Source: Azolla caroliniana (lineage: Eukaryota; Plantae; Polypodiophyta). From it: DNA of 64,000 nt. Location: assembly GCA_043228905.1 (NCBI GenBank), contig JBHGNT010000004.1, forward strand, positions 8,618,001 through 8,682,000, given 5' to 3'. Made by a program: the position numbers and the translations under genes. Shown one piece after another: positions 11,692 through 23,389 of the stretch; the first letter of the stretch is position 1, and each line of letters opens with the position of its first letter. The notes beneath the pieces were generated by a model. That model made no database searches and was not told the origin of the DNA. It saw only the letters and a program-made list of their open reading frames with translations.

Positions 11692-13449
11692 ATGGCAAGA
11701 TATGGAGTTCGCGATGCGACAGATCTACGAAGAGAACTTTTCCAATTGCGTATGGTTTCACCAATGTGCTACCTGGAGTATGAGAAGACGTTTTTGGATA
11801 TATGGTCCACTTGGATTGGACTTGTTGGAGGCGTTGAAGATGTATACTTCAAGATGGAAAGATTCAAAGCAGGGCTAGATCCATATTTTCAATATGAAGT
11901 GCATATGAAGTACCGAAGGTCTTTCCATGATTTGCTTCGAGTATGTCAAAGTTATGATCAACAATTGAAGAAGTTGTTATTCGGTGAAGCATATGGAGTA
12001 TCGGCGTCATATACCATAAATCCAAGCTATAATAATTGTGGATCGGTCATGAGCCAACAACCAGCCTACTTGCAATGTCCGATTCAACAGGTTCCGTCAT
12101 ATCATTATTCTAATTTTTGGAGTTATAATGATGTCTATGAAGGTGATTCCAGAGACAATGAAGAAGAGGTGATGAATGTGGAGTCCCCCCATCTAGTTCA
12201 TGAGGACAACCATGATATAAAGAATGATGATGTGAAAGACGAATCTAAGGAGATTGTTATGAGAAGCGATGTTATGGATGGTGATGCCAATGTACATCAT
12301 GTTGAGGACATTATTACAACAAGCGATATGGTGGTTGATGATGAATATGTGCAAGATGAAATGGAAGATATGACAAAAGAAGTTGTTGATGGTGAAGTAC
12401 CCACAACGAAGTTGCAAGATGAAGAAGGTAACCTAGAAGTGATAGCTGGAGATTGGCTTTTGGAGATCAATGCGTGTAAGGAAGCATTGGTAAGTGCCAA
12501 GTTGCAGTGTATGAAGGTGTTCGTGCAAGATTTGTGTTTTGGATTTGCATTGAGTGGCAACAAAGTTATGTGGGCATCAACTCTTCAACAACAATTTGAC
12601 CAAGAGCCAAGAGATTTACTTGTAATGCATGATTGGAGTATCATTAACTTATCACCATCAAAGGATCCACCACAACTAATCAAACGTATAAAGGAGAAGG
12701 AATCATCTATCAATAATGGCAATCAAGAAGAGGAAAGCATAACAATTGATGAATCTTCATGGGATAGGGAAAACAAATCATTCCACATGGTGTCTAAGGA
12801 GGAAGAAGAAGTCATTGAAGAGAAAAGCATTATCACCTTGGAGAAGATGATTTCAAGCTATATCCAAGGAGAAGAGCATCTAAGGTTTAGTTCTTTTCTT
12901 TTTGAGTTTCCAAAATTACTCATAAATGTCTATTCACATATAAAAGGAGAAGATTGCTTCAAAGACCTTATCAAATTGAAGGTACCAATTGCCCAAACTC
13001 TTCAAGAATCTAAGGTTGTGCAAAAGATAGATCATAAAGCATTGTTACAAGAGAGTTTCATTTATCATATGGAGAATTTGAAGTTTGTCTCACTTATTGT
13101 GGTTGTTCCAAAGGAGAAAGACGTCAACTTCCAACCCTTGAATGATTCAACCAAACGAGTTTTATTTTTGCTTCCTTTTCGAGATGAGATTCTAGATGAA
13201 ATGGTCATACATACAAAACAAGGTAATGTGGAGAATGTGGTGTGCCAAGAAGAAAGTCATGTTGATGAAGCAAAGATCGACATAATTCAAAATATGACAA
13301 TTCTGACAAGTCTCGAAGCTTTGAAGGTATTTGTACAAAAGGTTCGCTCGCTCGAAAGATTTATTCATATGTTAACATGCTTACTTCTATCAAGAGTTAT
13401 GTATCACATAGACCTACTTCTGTTTGGAAAGTTGATGAAGATATACTAA
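11692..13449 (+). CDS. 585-aa ORF: gag capsid-like N-terminus, acidic linker, and RT remnants lacking the catalytic core
   Basis: ERFKAGLDPYFQYEV gag-like motif; VSLIVVVPKE..VNFQPLNDSTKR.LFLLPFRDEILDEM (RT N-part) joined to VVCQEESHVDEAKIDII...LEALKVFV (RT C-part); no YxDD. Confidence 0.75.
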   Translation: MARYGVRDATDLRRELFQLRMVSPMCYLEYEKTFLDIWSTWIGLVGGVEDVYFKMERFKAGLDPYFQYEVHMKYRRSFHDLLRVCQSYDQQLKKLLFGEAYGVSASYTINPSYNNCGSVMSQQPAYLQCPIQQVPSYHYSNFWSYNDVYEGDSRDNEEEVMNVESPHLVHEDNHDIKNDDVKDESKEIVMRSDVMDGDANVHHVEDIITTSDMVVDDEYVQDEMEDMTKEVVDGEVPTTKLQDEEGNLEVIAGDWLLEINACKEALVSAKLQCMKVFVQDLCFGFALSGNKVMWASTLQQQFDQEPRDLLVMHDWSIINLSPSKDPPQLIKRIKEKESSINNGNQEEESITIDESSWDRENKSFHMVSKEEEEVIEEKSIITLEKMISSYIQGEEHLRFSSFLFEFPKLLINVYSHIKGEDCFKDLIKLKVPIAQTLQESKVVQKIDHKALLQESFIYHMENLKFVSLIVVVPKEKDVNFQPLNDSTKRVLFLLPFRDEILDEMVIHTKQGNVENVVCQEESHVDEAKIDIIQNMTILTSLEALKVFVQKVRSLERFIHMLTCLLLSRVMYHIDLLLFGKLMKIY

Positions 13450-14289
13450 TTGTTGTAACCTCTTTCTTTGTGTTGACAAGGAGAAAGATGGTGATGGCAA
13501 TTGTCAATGTGTATGTGTGTGTGTTTAGAAGTGTGAGGTTTTTCCTATCAACTAGCGGGGGTTTTACTCACATAGTTTGTTTCTTTTCTATTTATTTTCT
13601 CCTTCTTTGTCTATAGCCATGAATAAGGCGAAGGAGAACCTTTAGTTTTATTAGTAGCTTAGGGTTCACCATAAAGGGTTCACCAAAAAGCAAGGGGGAG
13701 GGCTAAATGTGAAAGTGTTTTTAGAATTCAAGGTATTGAAGTCTAGGTCGAAGCACGCTACGGTGTACCAGAAAAGTACTGTTTTTGGCCACAAAAATTG
13801 TCAGTACTTTCAATACTGTTAGTACTGAATAATTCAGAAAAGAAATTAGAGAAAAAGAAAATCGATTTTGGAGAGTGGGGTGACTGTAGTACAAGTGTCA
13901 TTTACTGTAGAAGGAGTGGGGGGAACACGTGAGGAGATGTTCTTCCATTTTGGGGGCTATTTTCCCCTCACGTCGATTTTGGCGCTTCCCCTCACGTCGT
14001 TTTGGCGATTCCCCTCATACTGCTCTTCCTCTATCCCTCTGAGCTTTTCATCACAAACATCCATGTCACGTTTCTGATTTTCCTTCAATCTAAATCTCAG
14101 ACATCCATGTCTGGTTGGAGAGTTTGCGTTGAGGATTTCTGATTTTTTTAGGGTTTCTGTTTTTGTTAGGTTTTGGTTGAGGTACAGAGACTGTTCTAAG
14201 GGTTCAGGTAGCAGCCAATAGCCACTTCTTCGACAACGACTTTCTTACTTCCACCGATTGCAGTTGATGTCGTGGTGATTTGGGGCTTT

Positions 14290-14822
14290 TTCCACCAAAT
14301 CGAGGTTGCATTGGAGGTTCCTTCCACCAAATCGAGGCGGCATATCCAACGCTCCCTCCACCATTGGAGGTTCCTTCCACCAAATCGAGGCTGCATATCC
14401 AACGCTCCCTCCACCATTGGAGGTTCCTTCCATCCATTTTTTTATTTTCAGTACTAAAATGTTTCATTTCTTCATATTTCAGTACTAAAATTTTAGAATT
14501 GACATTTGTCATATTTGATATGTAATTCTATTGTTTGAAACAAAATATTTCTCACTTTGCAGGCCACATTTAAAAACATTTGATTGTGTTTTCTTGGTTG
14601 AGTCTATATATCCACGCTCCCTCCACCATTGGAGGTTCCTTCCATCCATTTTTTTATTTTCAGTACTAAAATGTTTCATTTCTTCATATTTCAGTACTAA
14701 ATTTTTAGAATTGACATTTGTCATATTTGATATGTAATTCTAATGTTTGAAACAAAATATTTCTCACTTTGCAGACCACGTTTAAAAACATTTGATTGTG
14801 TTTTCTTGGTTGAGTCTATATA
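14290..14822. repeat. Tandem repeats upstream of the transposase: ~58-bp units (14290-14430) and a ~210-bp duplication (14400-14822)
   Basis: ttccaccaaatcgagg...cgctccctccaccattggaggttcc is repeated; the AT-rich block starting catccatttttttattttcagtactaaaatg occurs twice. Confidence 0.85.
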
Positions 14823-14876
14823 ACATTAACTACTTTCGCAAGACACTTAATTTTTGTGGATAAATCTAGTGACCGA

Positions 14877-17800
14877 ATGGGGGTTCCTAACGAGAGTGAG
14901 TTGTCAAGTAACTCATGCATATCTGAAAGGACTAAGAGACGAGTGGTTCTTCACATAGTCCGTTATTTGGTAGAAATAACGAAGAGATTTAGTGAAGAGG
15001 ATCGTAGGGATATTATCTGTAGAGTGTTACACCATCAAAGTTTGAATGAAGACATGGAGAGAATAAAATTTAGGGACCAATGTGTTTCAGAAGAGATTGT
15101 GGAGTCTATGAAGTCATCCCTAGACTTAGTGAAAGGTGTAGAGAGCTTAGACAAACTTGCTGCAAAGAGGGCAGCCCTACACATGGTTGTGAACGGTGCG
15201 AGAGAAAAAAAATATAGTGATAGTAAAGTTGCCTTAGCCCTGGGTATTCAAAGAAGGAACTTGAGGAAACATCGCCGAAATATACACACAAGCAAATTCA
15301 AGTGGCTGGGGTCGGGACGTAGACAACGATGTGATGCCTTATCTCAAGAGATTATTGAGAAAGTGGATTCATTTTGGGCCAAAAATACGCGTGTCTCACC
15401 AAATAAGAAGGACGCGTGTAGACAACGAATAAGTCAGGGTAAGTACCAGATTCACCCTAGACACTTCTTGGAGATGATAGAGGTATTCCATTTTTTTATA
15501 TCAATTCACATTCCATAACTTTGTGTTTTGACCAAGTGTATATTAATGTTTGCTATATATATTGGTTGATGTAGGCTGAATTGTACATGAACTTTAAAGA
15601 CCAACATCCAAGCTTGACTGTCGGATTCTGCAAGTTCCAAGGTTTGAAACCATTTTATGTTAGAAAATTAAATGAGAGGAATACATGTTGTTGTGTGTAC
15701 CATGTGAAGATGGACATGTTAAGGCTAGCAGTGAATGCAATGCGTACTGATTCTAAGGGTATACACGGGGAATTATGTGTCTGCACTTGTGAGATTTGTA
15801 GACCAAATGGGGAGGATAATAGGTGTAATGCACGAAACATGACTTATGCATCCGTTTCTGAGCTATGGAGGTCTTGTGTTTGTGAAAAAGAACCATCATG
15901 TGAATGGCATCGTCGTACATGTCTATTAAGAACATGTAAGGTTTGTCCGCTACCATTATTTTGTAGGCAGGAGCTTGATATGGGAAATAATCATATCGTG
16001 AAATGGAAATATTTGGAGTATGTGACTGAAAATATTGGCAAGGGAGTTGTAACTAAGCGTATCAAGGAAGTATATAAGGAGACATGTGCTGCTACCCTTG
16101 TCTCAGAATTTAAGAAACAACTTGGGGAGTTTATTCCACATAACTTCCGGAGTTATTGGCAAAATTCACAATTCAAGGAATGTATTAATAACTTACCAAT
16201 GGGTGTCATTGTATCTGTTATTGATTTTGCAGAAAACTATACATTTAAAGTTCAAAATGAGGTTCAATCAATGCATTGGTACAATGATCAATGTACAATA
16301 CTTGTACATATTTGCTATTGGAGGCAAGACGGTGAGTTACATAAGAAATCAATATTTTACATTTTAGATGATAAAAAGCATGATACACTATTTGTTCAAC
16401 ATTGTTTTAAGCTTCACCATGCAGATTTATTTTCTCTAGGGTTAACCTTTAACCGTCATTGGGTTTGGTCTGATGGTGCTGCCTCGCAGTTTAAGGCGGC
16501 ACGATCGTTCTACTTTATCGCCAGGTAATTTTTAATCCATATGTTTAGTACTTATCATGCAATGTGTAAGGAAGTAATTCTTGTGTTAGTGGATGCATAC
16601 TAATTATGTTTGTAACTATTAACAAACAGTACTAGTCACATGGATGCATACTAATTATGTTTGTAACTATTCGAATCTTGCACTTGTGAATGGATGCATG
16701 CATACTAATTTTGTTTGTATTATGTTGTACTAAGTAACTTTTAATCCATGTGAAGTGTTCTCCATAGACACATTGTACTATGTTGTGTTTACAGAAGGAT
16801 GTAAAGTACTCATCTTGTACTCATAGTATTGTCCGTCCTTAAGAGAATTGTACTAATTATCTTTTTATCCATGTGAAGTGTTCTCCATAGACACATTGTA
16901 CTATGTTGTGTGTATAGAAGGATGTAAAGTACTCATCTTGTACTTAGAGTATTGTCCGTCCTTAAGGGAATTGTACTAATTATGTTTTAATCCATGTGAA
17001 GGGTTCTCCATATACACATTGTACTATGTTGTGTGTTGGTTTTGTACTATGTTGTGTTTACAAAAGGATGTAAAGTACTCATCTTGTACTCATAGTATTG
17101 TCCATCCTTAAGAGAATTGTACTAAGTATCGATTAATCCATGTGAAGGGTTCTCCATAGACACATTGTACTATGTTGTGTGTTGGTTCTGTACTATGTTG
17201 TGTTTACAAAAGGATGTAAAGTACTCATCTTGTACTTATAGTATTGTCCGTCCTTAAGAGAATTGTACTAATTATGTTTTAATCCATGTGAAGGGTTCTC
17301 CATAGACACATTGTACTATGTTGTGTGTTGTATCTGTACTATGTTGTGTTTACAGGAGGATGTAAAGTACTCATCTTGTACTCATAGTATTGTCCGTCCT
17401 TAAGAGAATTGTACTAAATCAGTATTTACTCATGTTGTACTCATAGTATTGTACTCATCTTGTACTCATCTTTTAAACACACTGTGTGGTACTGATTATC
17501 TATTAATCAATGTTTAGCGTTCTCCATGAACACACTATATTGTACTATGTGTTGTATCTATACTAAATTAGTGTTTATTGGGGGATGTAAAGTACATGTC
17601 TTGTAGTACTAATGATCTTCTAAGGAGGGTTGTGTTCTCCGTGGACACATTGTATTGTACTATCCGATATTGAACATTTTGTACTATTTATCTGTTAATA
17701 CATGTAGAGTGCTTTCCATGAACTCATTGTACTATACTTTGTGCTATATCCATACTAAGTTAGTATTAAATGGATGCCAGGTACTGTTGGTCGACAACAT

Positions 17801-18577
17801 AGTACTATTTATCTTTTAATAAGTGTAGAGTGTTCTCAATGGATACGTTGTGCTATGCTTTGTTTTGTATTTGTACTAAATCAGTATTAATGGAAGTGTA
17901 GTACTCTCAATTGACAACATAGTACTAATTTTGTTGGAAACCTGAGATACCAAAGCAGGTATTTCTCCTTATTCAATATTCGTATGCAATGGAATTACTT
18001 CGGGTCTGGACATGGAAAAGGAGAGCATGATGGCGCGGGGGCTGTGATCAAACATGCCCTTACAAGTGAGCAGTTGGATAATAATGGCGCTAAGTTACAA
18101 AATGCACATGATGTTGTTCAGTGGCTAACATGGAAGATGTCAAATGATGGTAAGAACAAATTGTTTGTTGAAGTTCGCGCTGATGAGGTCGATAGAACTA
18201 AATCATATGGTTGTAAAACCGTGAAAGGCACACACAACACCCATTGTGTGTTAGGGTTTAGCCGCAAGGACACAACCCAATTGTTACTCCGTAGTTTATC
18301 ATGCTTTTGTTCCATGTGTCTAGATGAAGCTTGGGATAAATGCATCAACCTATCAATCGTGGAGCCCTGGAAGCTGCAAAAGCTTGAGCCTGAACGACAA
18401 GATGATATTGAAGAGGATGTGCATTCAAACGATATTGTATACTACAACCAAAATCAAGACTTGGCAGTTTTATTGGAAGTTGGAGATCATTTTGCAGTGC
18501 TCAAATATTCTCAGAATTACACAAGGAGTACTAATCCCGAACAATGTACCACTGACTTAGTCAAATTACACAATTAG
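14877..18577 (+). CDS. Spliced DDD-type transposase (exons 14877-15482, 15575-16524, 17959-18577); 3' end possibly truncated near 18500; true start may be upstream
   Basis: GT-AG introns 15483-15574 and 16525-17958 both join the ORFs in frame; motifs IDFAENY, DDKKHD, WSDGAASQFK, WNYFGSGHGKGEHDGAG; Cys-rich segments TCCCVYH and SCFCSMC. Confidence 0.85.
16740..17420. repeat. About five ~120-140-bp GTAC-rich tandem units inside transposase intron 2
   Basis: atccatgtgaag(t/g)gttctccatagacacattgtactatgttgtg...gatgtaaagtactcatcttgtact...gtccttaagagaattgtactaa repeated. Confidence 0.9.
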
Positions 18578-19387
18578 TACTAATCCTGAACAATGTACTA
18601 CTCAACAATGTACCACTGACTTAGTCAAATTACACAATTAGTACTAATCCTACAAAATGTACTACTCACTTATTTTCTAGATTACTGATCTAGTACTAAT
18701 AAGGTACAAAACTAGTACTAATAAGGAACAAAGTACTACTTAGTTCCCAAATTACAAAACTAGTATTAATCATGAGCAATGTACTAGTAACTTAGTTCAC
18801 AAAGTACAGAACTAGTACTAATCATGAACCATGTAGTACTTACTAAGTACTAATCCAACAAATGTAGATTGGTATTTTGCACACAAGTAATACTAAACAT
18901 GATATGTGTTCTACACACCTAGTTACATAACTTGTACTAATTACACCAACAGTATTAATCTTGAACAGTATTAGTACTAAACCTGATATGTGTTTGACAC
19001 ACCTCATTTCCAAATTACAATAATTGTACTATTATTCAGCAATTTACTATACACCTTGTTCCCAAATTACATTACTAGTACTAATTCCCAAGTTACACAA
19101 ACAATACTAACAGTCAACAGTGTACAATAAGTATAGTGTTTACTAAACTAATACTAGGCAAGTTGCAATATAGATTGGACGATGTTGTACCTGGTTCCCT
19201 TTTAGTACTACTAATTCTGGAAAATATCCCTTCAACTACACATACCAATTATATATTAAGAGTAATGCCAATACTAACCCACATAATTAGGGTTCCACAT
19301 AATAGTTGTTAGAGATTACACTAAATTTGAAGTATGAATTGTGGCATACACTAGTTCTAGTCCAAATGTTAATTGACATCATATAAA

Positions 19388-20749
19388 TCAAACAATAGAA
19401 TAGTAGAGCCACATACCGTACGGGTGTACTTTTAAACCCCAAGCATAGTACCACTCAGCCGCAATTGTAGTTTTACAGTCCATACATGTATTCTCTTTCT
19501 CAAAATGATACTTAGCACATAGCACATGATATGTGTGCAAGCATGGTGTAATCACAACATCCATAGCCTCCAGCTTGAATCCGAGGCCACAAAATATACA
19601 CCTGGAAGATTGCAAACACAAGTTATAATATATTAGCTGCTCACTTATTTATACCAGAGAAGTAGAAATAAATAACTTTTAAAGCCAATACCGTGATATA
19701 GCTATACTAATAATGGTACTTTCTATACCACTTGGGTGCTCAATTACAGATGGAAACAAAGTATCAAAACCATTTTGTTTTAAATCCTGCATCAAGCATG
19801 CAAGGTTCTCAGAATGCAACTTTAAGGTTGACAACTTATTATCTATTTCTTCATGTGCATTCCTGCAAGTATCAAGGTCTCTCATCTGTGAACCTAATTG
19901 AGTGCCCATATTGTTTAGCTCTTTCTTCAACTCCTCTTTCAACACCTCACTTTCTGAATTTTGGATTGTCGATGCAATCCATTCATATGTAGTTTTTATT
20001 GAAGAAAATTTCTTTTTTGCCTGTATCTCAGCTGATTTAACTGCTTCCAAATCAACAAGTAGTGTTTGTATTCTTGAGCTCATAGAAGCTATGCAACCGG
20101 CCATCATCTGTTCATGCTTTTCAATCATTGTGGCCCGTACCTTTGCCTCTAGAACTTGGTGGACAGGTGTTATAGCTAGAATATCCACATGAGAGGTTCC
20201 AGATGACTTCAAGCCAGTGTTGGTACTGGAGGACCCTTTGTAATGTTCTGACCAGTGCCGATTAAAATCTTCCCAATTTACGTCAATGCCACCTTGAACT
20301 TCACATGCAAAAGCACGTGCAAAAACAGTACCCACCTCATTGTTAGTGATTTGATTTGTATCATAAACATGTTCGTATCTCGTCTTCAATAAATTCGTGT
20401 ATTCCCTCTTCAAACCACTTATGTGGAATCCTCGCCTTGTGTCGGGATGTGCTGACCCCCAGGTTTTTAACAACCACTCTCTCAGCTCTGGATAAATGTC
20501 AGGTCGTGCTCGAAGGAAATAATTCCATCCAAGAGGTGTGTCTCGACTGATGGAGTGGTACATCTTGTTTCTCTGTGTTGATGAATTCATCACCCTTTCT
20601 CTTGTGGGTGTCTTCTTGCTTTCTTTCATGGGTGTCCTTCTTCCTTCCTTCACTGGTGTCTTCACTTTCTCTTTCATCAATGTCTTCTTTATGGGTGTCC
20701 TTCTCGTCATTGTCCTAGTCAACACAATTCTCAGGGAATGAATATGCAT
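19388..20749 (-). CDS. Second, convergent gene of the DNA transposon: basic TP-repeat N-terminus, helical domain, coiled coil, C-terminal RING-H2 finger
   Basis: 356-aa ORF joined in frame by a 90-bp GT-AG intron (19602-19691; CG|G TGT gives R-C) to CIFC-x15-CLHTYHVLC-x10-CMDC (C3H2C3). Confidence 0.75.
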
Positions 20750-21722
20750 GTACTAGAAGAAAACTCAAACAATTACCATCAACACATAGCAAATCATCAC
20801 ATTGCATGTACAAACCATGTCAAACACACAATAACCCTAAATAGTCGGAAAAAAACTCATCCATGTCAAACACACAGACAATAAAAACAGACGGATAGGA
20901 AAGTCAAAGAAAACGAAAACATTGTAAATCATCATAGCCAACTCCATCACATCGCATGTACAAGCCATGTCAAACACACAAAAACCCAAAATAGTCGGAA
21001 AAACACTCATCCATGTCAAACTCACACAAAATAAAACAGATGAACAGGAAACAAGAACAAAACGAAAACATAGCAACTCATCATAGCCAACTCCATTTAC
21101 GTTGCATGTACAAACATGTCTAACACACAACCACCTCGATCAAAATATTGTCATACATTTTTAAAAGAAACACAGAGAAACACAGAGAAAACAAAAACAT
21201 ACCAGTTGGGCATGCAACACATAGACTATGAATAATCAAACCCTAAAAATGGCCATACACATGCAAATAAAAAACAGACAGACAGGAAACATTCAGAAAA
21301 AGAAAACATACCAGTTGGGCATGCAACATAGACAATACCTGGAGGTCGTACAACTTGCAGAGGTACCACACCGTGTTGATTTCGACAAACGAGGCTGCTG
21401 CAGAGGACACAAACGAGCATAGACAGAGGAGACAAACGAGCATACACAAGGAAGGAAAATCAACAACACATACAACGAGCAGGGGAAACAAAAATCTCTG
21501 CGTATACAGAGTTCAGAGATCGAACCTGGCACAGAGGGGAACACAAGAACAGCTACGCGGGGAAACAGAGAATCGAAGGTGGAGTGAGAGAGAGAAACAG
21601 AAAGAAAGAAAGAAACAGAGCTTCGAAGGTGGAGTGAGAGAGAGAAAGAGAGAGATAGACCTGTAATAGATATGTCGTCTTTCTTTAACTTTCTGCCACT
21701 GTCTGTCTGACAACTTCAAGAC

Positions 21723-21726
<4 letters not shown>

Positions 21727-21770
<44 letters not shown>

Positions 21771-21821
21771 CCAATTGACACGTTCGACTACCCATACCAG
21801 AGAGAGAGAGAGAGAGAGAGA
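21727..21821. repeat. (GA)n microsatellites in the right subterminal region of the DNA transposon
   Basis: About (GA)20 and (GA)11 runs. Confidence 0.9.
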
Positions 21822-22697
21822 TACTGAGACTGACCAACGGTCACAATGGATACCTTCTCCAGGTGTGCTTTCGTACAACTCTACCTAGGAGACTGGGGCA
21901 ACAATTAATGTATTACATATGGCCTAGGGACATTTCGAGTGTGACGTACAATATCTTTGTGCATTCGAGTGTGACGCAATGAATTTTTTTTTTTTTTTTA
22001 AACTTATTTACAATTTTTAATGTTTATTTTCTTCTTCGATTTAGTACTAAATTTTTGGCCAAAAGTTGGTACACCGTAGCATGCTTCGACCCGTCTACAA
22101 AAATATAAGGTATGGAGCATTCACACCCGAAGGCCAAGAACACGAGCTAAGGTTTCAAGTATAAGTCAAACAAAAAGCAAGTCACGTGGAGAAAAGTAAA
22201 AGAAGAAAAAAGCGGGCACCAAAATGTAGTCTACAACGAACGCTCATAACTCATTCGTTTGGAAGCCAAATATAATGTGTAAATATGTGTTGGAAAGCTT
22301 GTGACGAGAGCTATCCATAGGTTTTTAAAGCTCTAAATTTAGAGCTTCGACGAGGGAGATATGACGATTTGAAGATTGTTGTGTCATAGCTAAGAATAGG
22401 AGATGGAAAAGCTCTAAAAAAAGCGTGGAAAAGAAAGCAAGCGAAACTTATCTACTAGAGGAGAACTTCATATAAAGCAAGAAGAGTGAGGTGGTGAGGA
22501 GGGCTTTTTTCTTGTGATGTTTTCTTGCCTATTCACATAGTGTTGGTTGAGTTGTTATCAATTCATCCTTGTAGGCTTGAGTTTATGTATCTTCTTTCTC
22601 TTGTTTCTATGATCATCACTCCTTATTAATATATCTTTGTAGATTTGGGTTTCTATATCTTCCTTCTCTCTCTTTTCTATCATCATCTCTCTTTTCA

Positions 22698-22990
22698 AGT
22701 ATCCTATGAGGATACATTTCTTCGACTTCGGGTCAAGCTTTTGACGCTTTTTGTCGGGGATGTGCACGTATGCTATCGCGCCAAATATCCGGATGTGCAA
22801 TAAATCCGGCTTCTTTCCGAAGTATTTTTCGTGCGGAGTGACCTCGTGCACGCCAGATGTTGTGCACTGGTTCATTAGGTAGACGGCCATATTTGCAGCT
22901 TCAGCCCAATAAGACTTGGGCATATGCTTCTCATTCATTATGGACCGTGCTACTTCGAGGATGTGCCAATTTTTGTGCTCGGTTACTCCT
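22698..22990 (-). pseudogene. Copia integrase core fragment
   Basis: GVTEHKNWHILEVARSIMNEKHMPKSYWAEAAN...KLDPKSKKCILIGY. Confidence 0.88.
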
Positions 22991-23238
22991 TTGGCGGATG
23001 CCGATATTACGTGCTCTTCATCGACGACTTCTCTAGGCACACTTGGATCTACCCGATGCGGCAGAAGAGCGAAGTGTTCGTACACTTTCAAAAATCCAAG
23101 AATGAAGTCGAGAAAGCCACGGGCTGACATGTACGATGCCTTCGATCGGATGGTGGCAAGGAATACTTCTTAGACGATTTCACGGCGTATCTCCGAAAGG
23201 AAGGAATTCGGCAAGAATTCACTTGCCAACACACTCCA
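22990..23238 (+). pseudogene. Copia integrase N-terminal core fragment in the opposite orientation to its neighbour
   Basis: FGGCRYYVLFIDDFSRHTWIYPMRQKSEVF...CLRSDGGKEY...EFTCQHTP on the + strand. Confidence 0.85.
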
Positions 23239-23389
23239 TGTAAAGAATCAAGAGATGGATTCTTGTGAAGCAGAAGAGATATGAGTTATGTGTGTGTATC
23301 ATACATGCGAGTCGACACGAGTCGACGCGGACTCCAGAACGCGAGTTGAAGCGGATTTCGGATACCGTCTAAAACCGACCCGACCTGAG

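Larger units (their letters stand above)
13745..22092 (+). mobile_element. 8348-bp TIR DNA transposon, Sola-like (probably Sola2 type), inserted in the 3' LTR of the host element
   Basis: 26-bp TIRs AGGTCGAAGCACGCTACGGTGTACCA (13745-13770) and TGGTACACCGTAGCATGCTTCGACCC (22067-22092), 2 mismatches; 4-bp TSD GTCT (13741-13744, 22093-22096); the empty site gaaGTCTacaa is visible in the 5' LTR. Confidence 0.9.
10960..22697 (+). mobile_element. Non-autonomous LTR retrotransposon (~3.4 kb without the nested DNA transposon) with a single ORF; 5-bp TSD AGTAT
   Basis: 5' LTR 10960-11595; 3' LTR 13708-13744 plus 22097-22697; TG...CA ends; TSD at 10955-10959 and 22698-22702; PBS-like TGGCGCCCCAGG at 11599; PPT AAAAAGCAAGGGGGAGGG at 13685-13702. 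Confidence 0.93.

Noticed and set aside
13741-13745. 5-bp TSD GTCTA for the DNA transposon
   Set aside because: It leaves an unexplained extra C at 22092; a 4-bp TSD GTCT with 26-bp TIRs and one terminal mismatch accounts for every base. Not fully excluded.
16740-17420. CRISPR-like array
   Set aside because: Units are contiguous tandem repeats without unique spacers, inside a spliceosomal intron; no cas genes.
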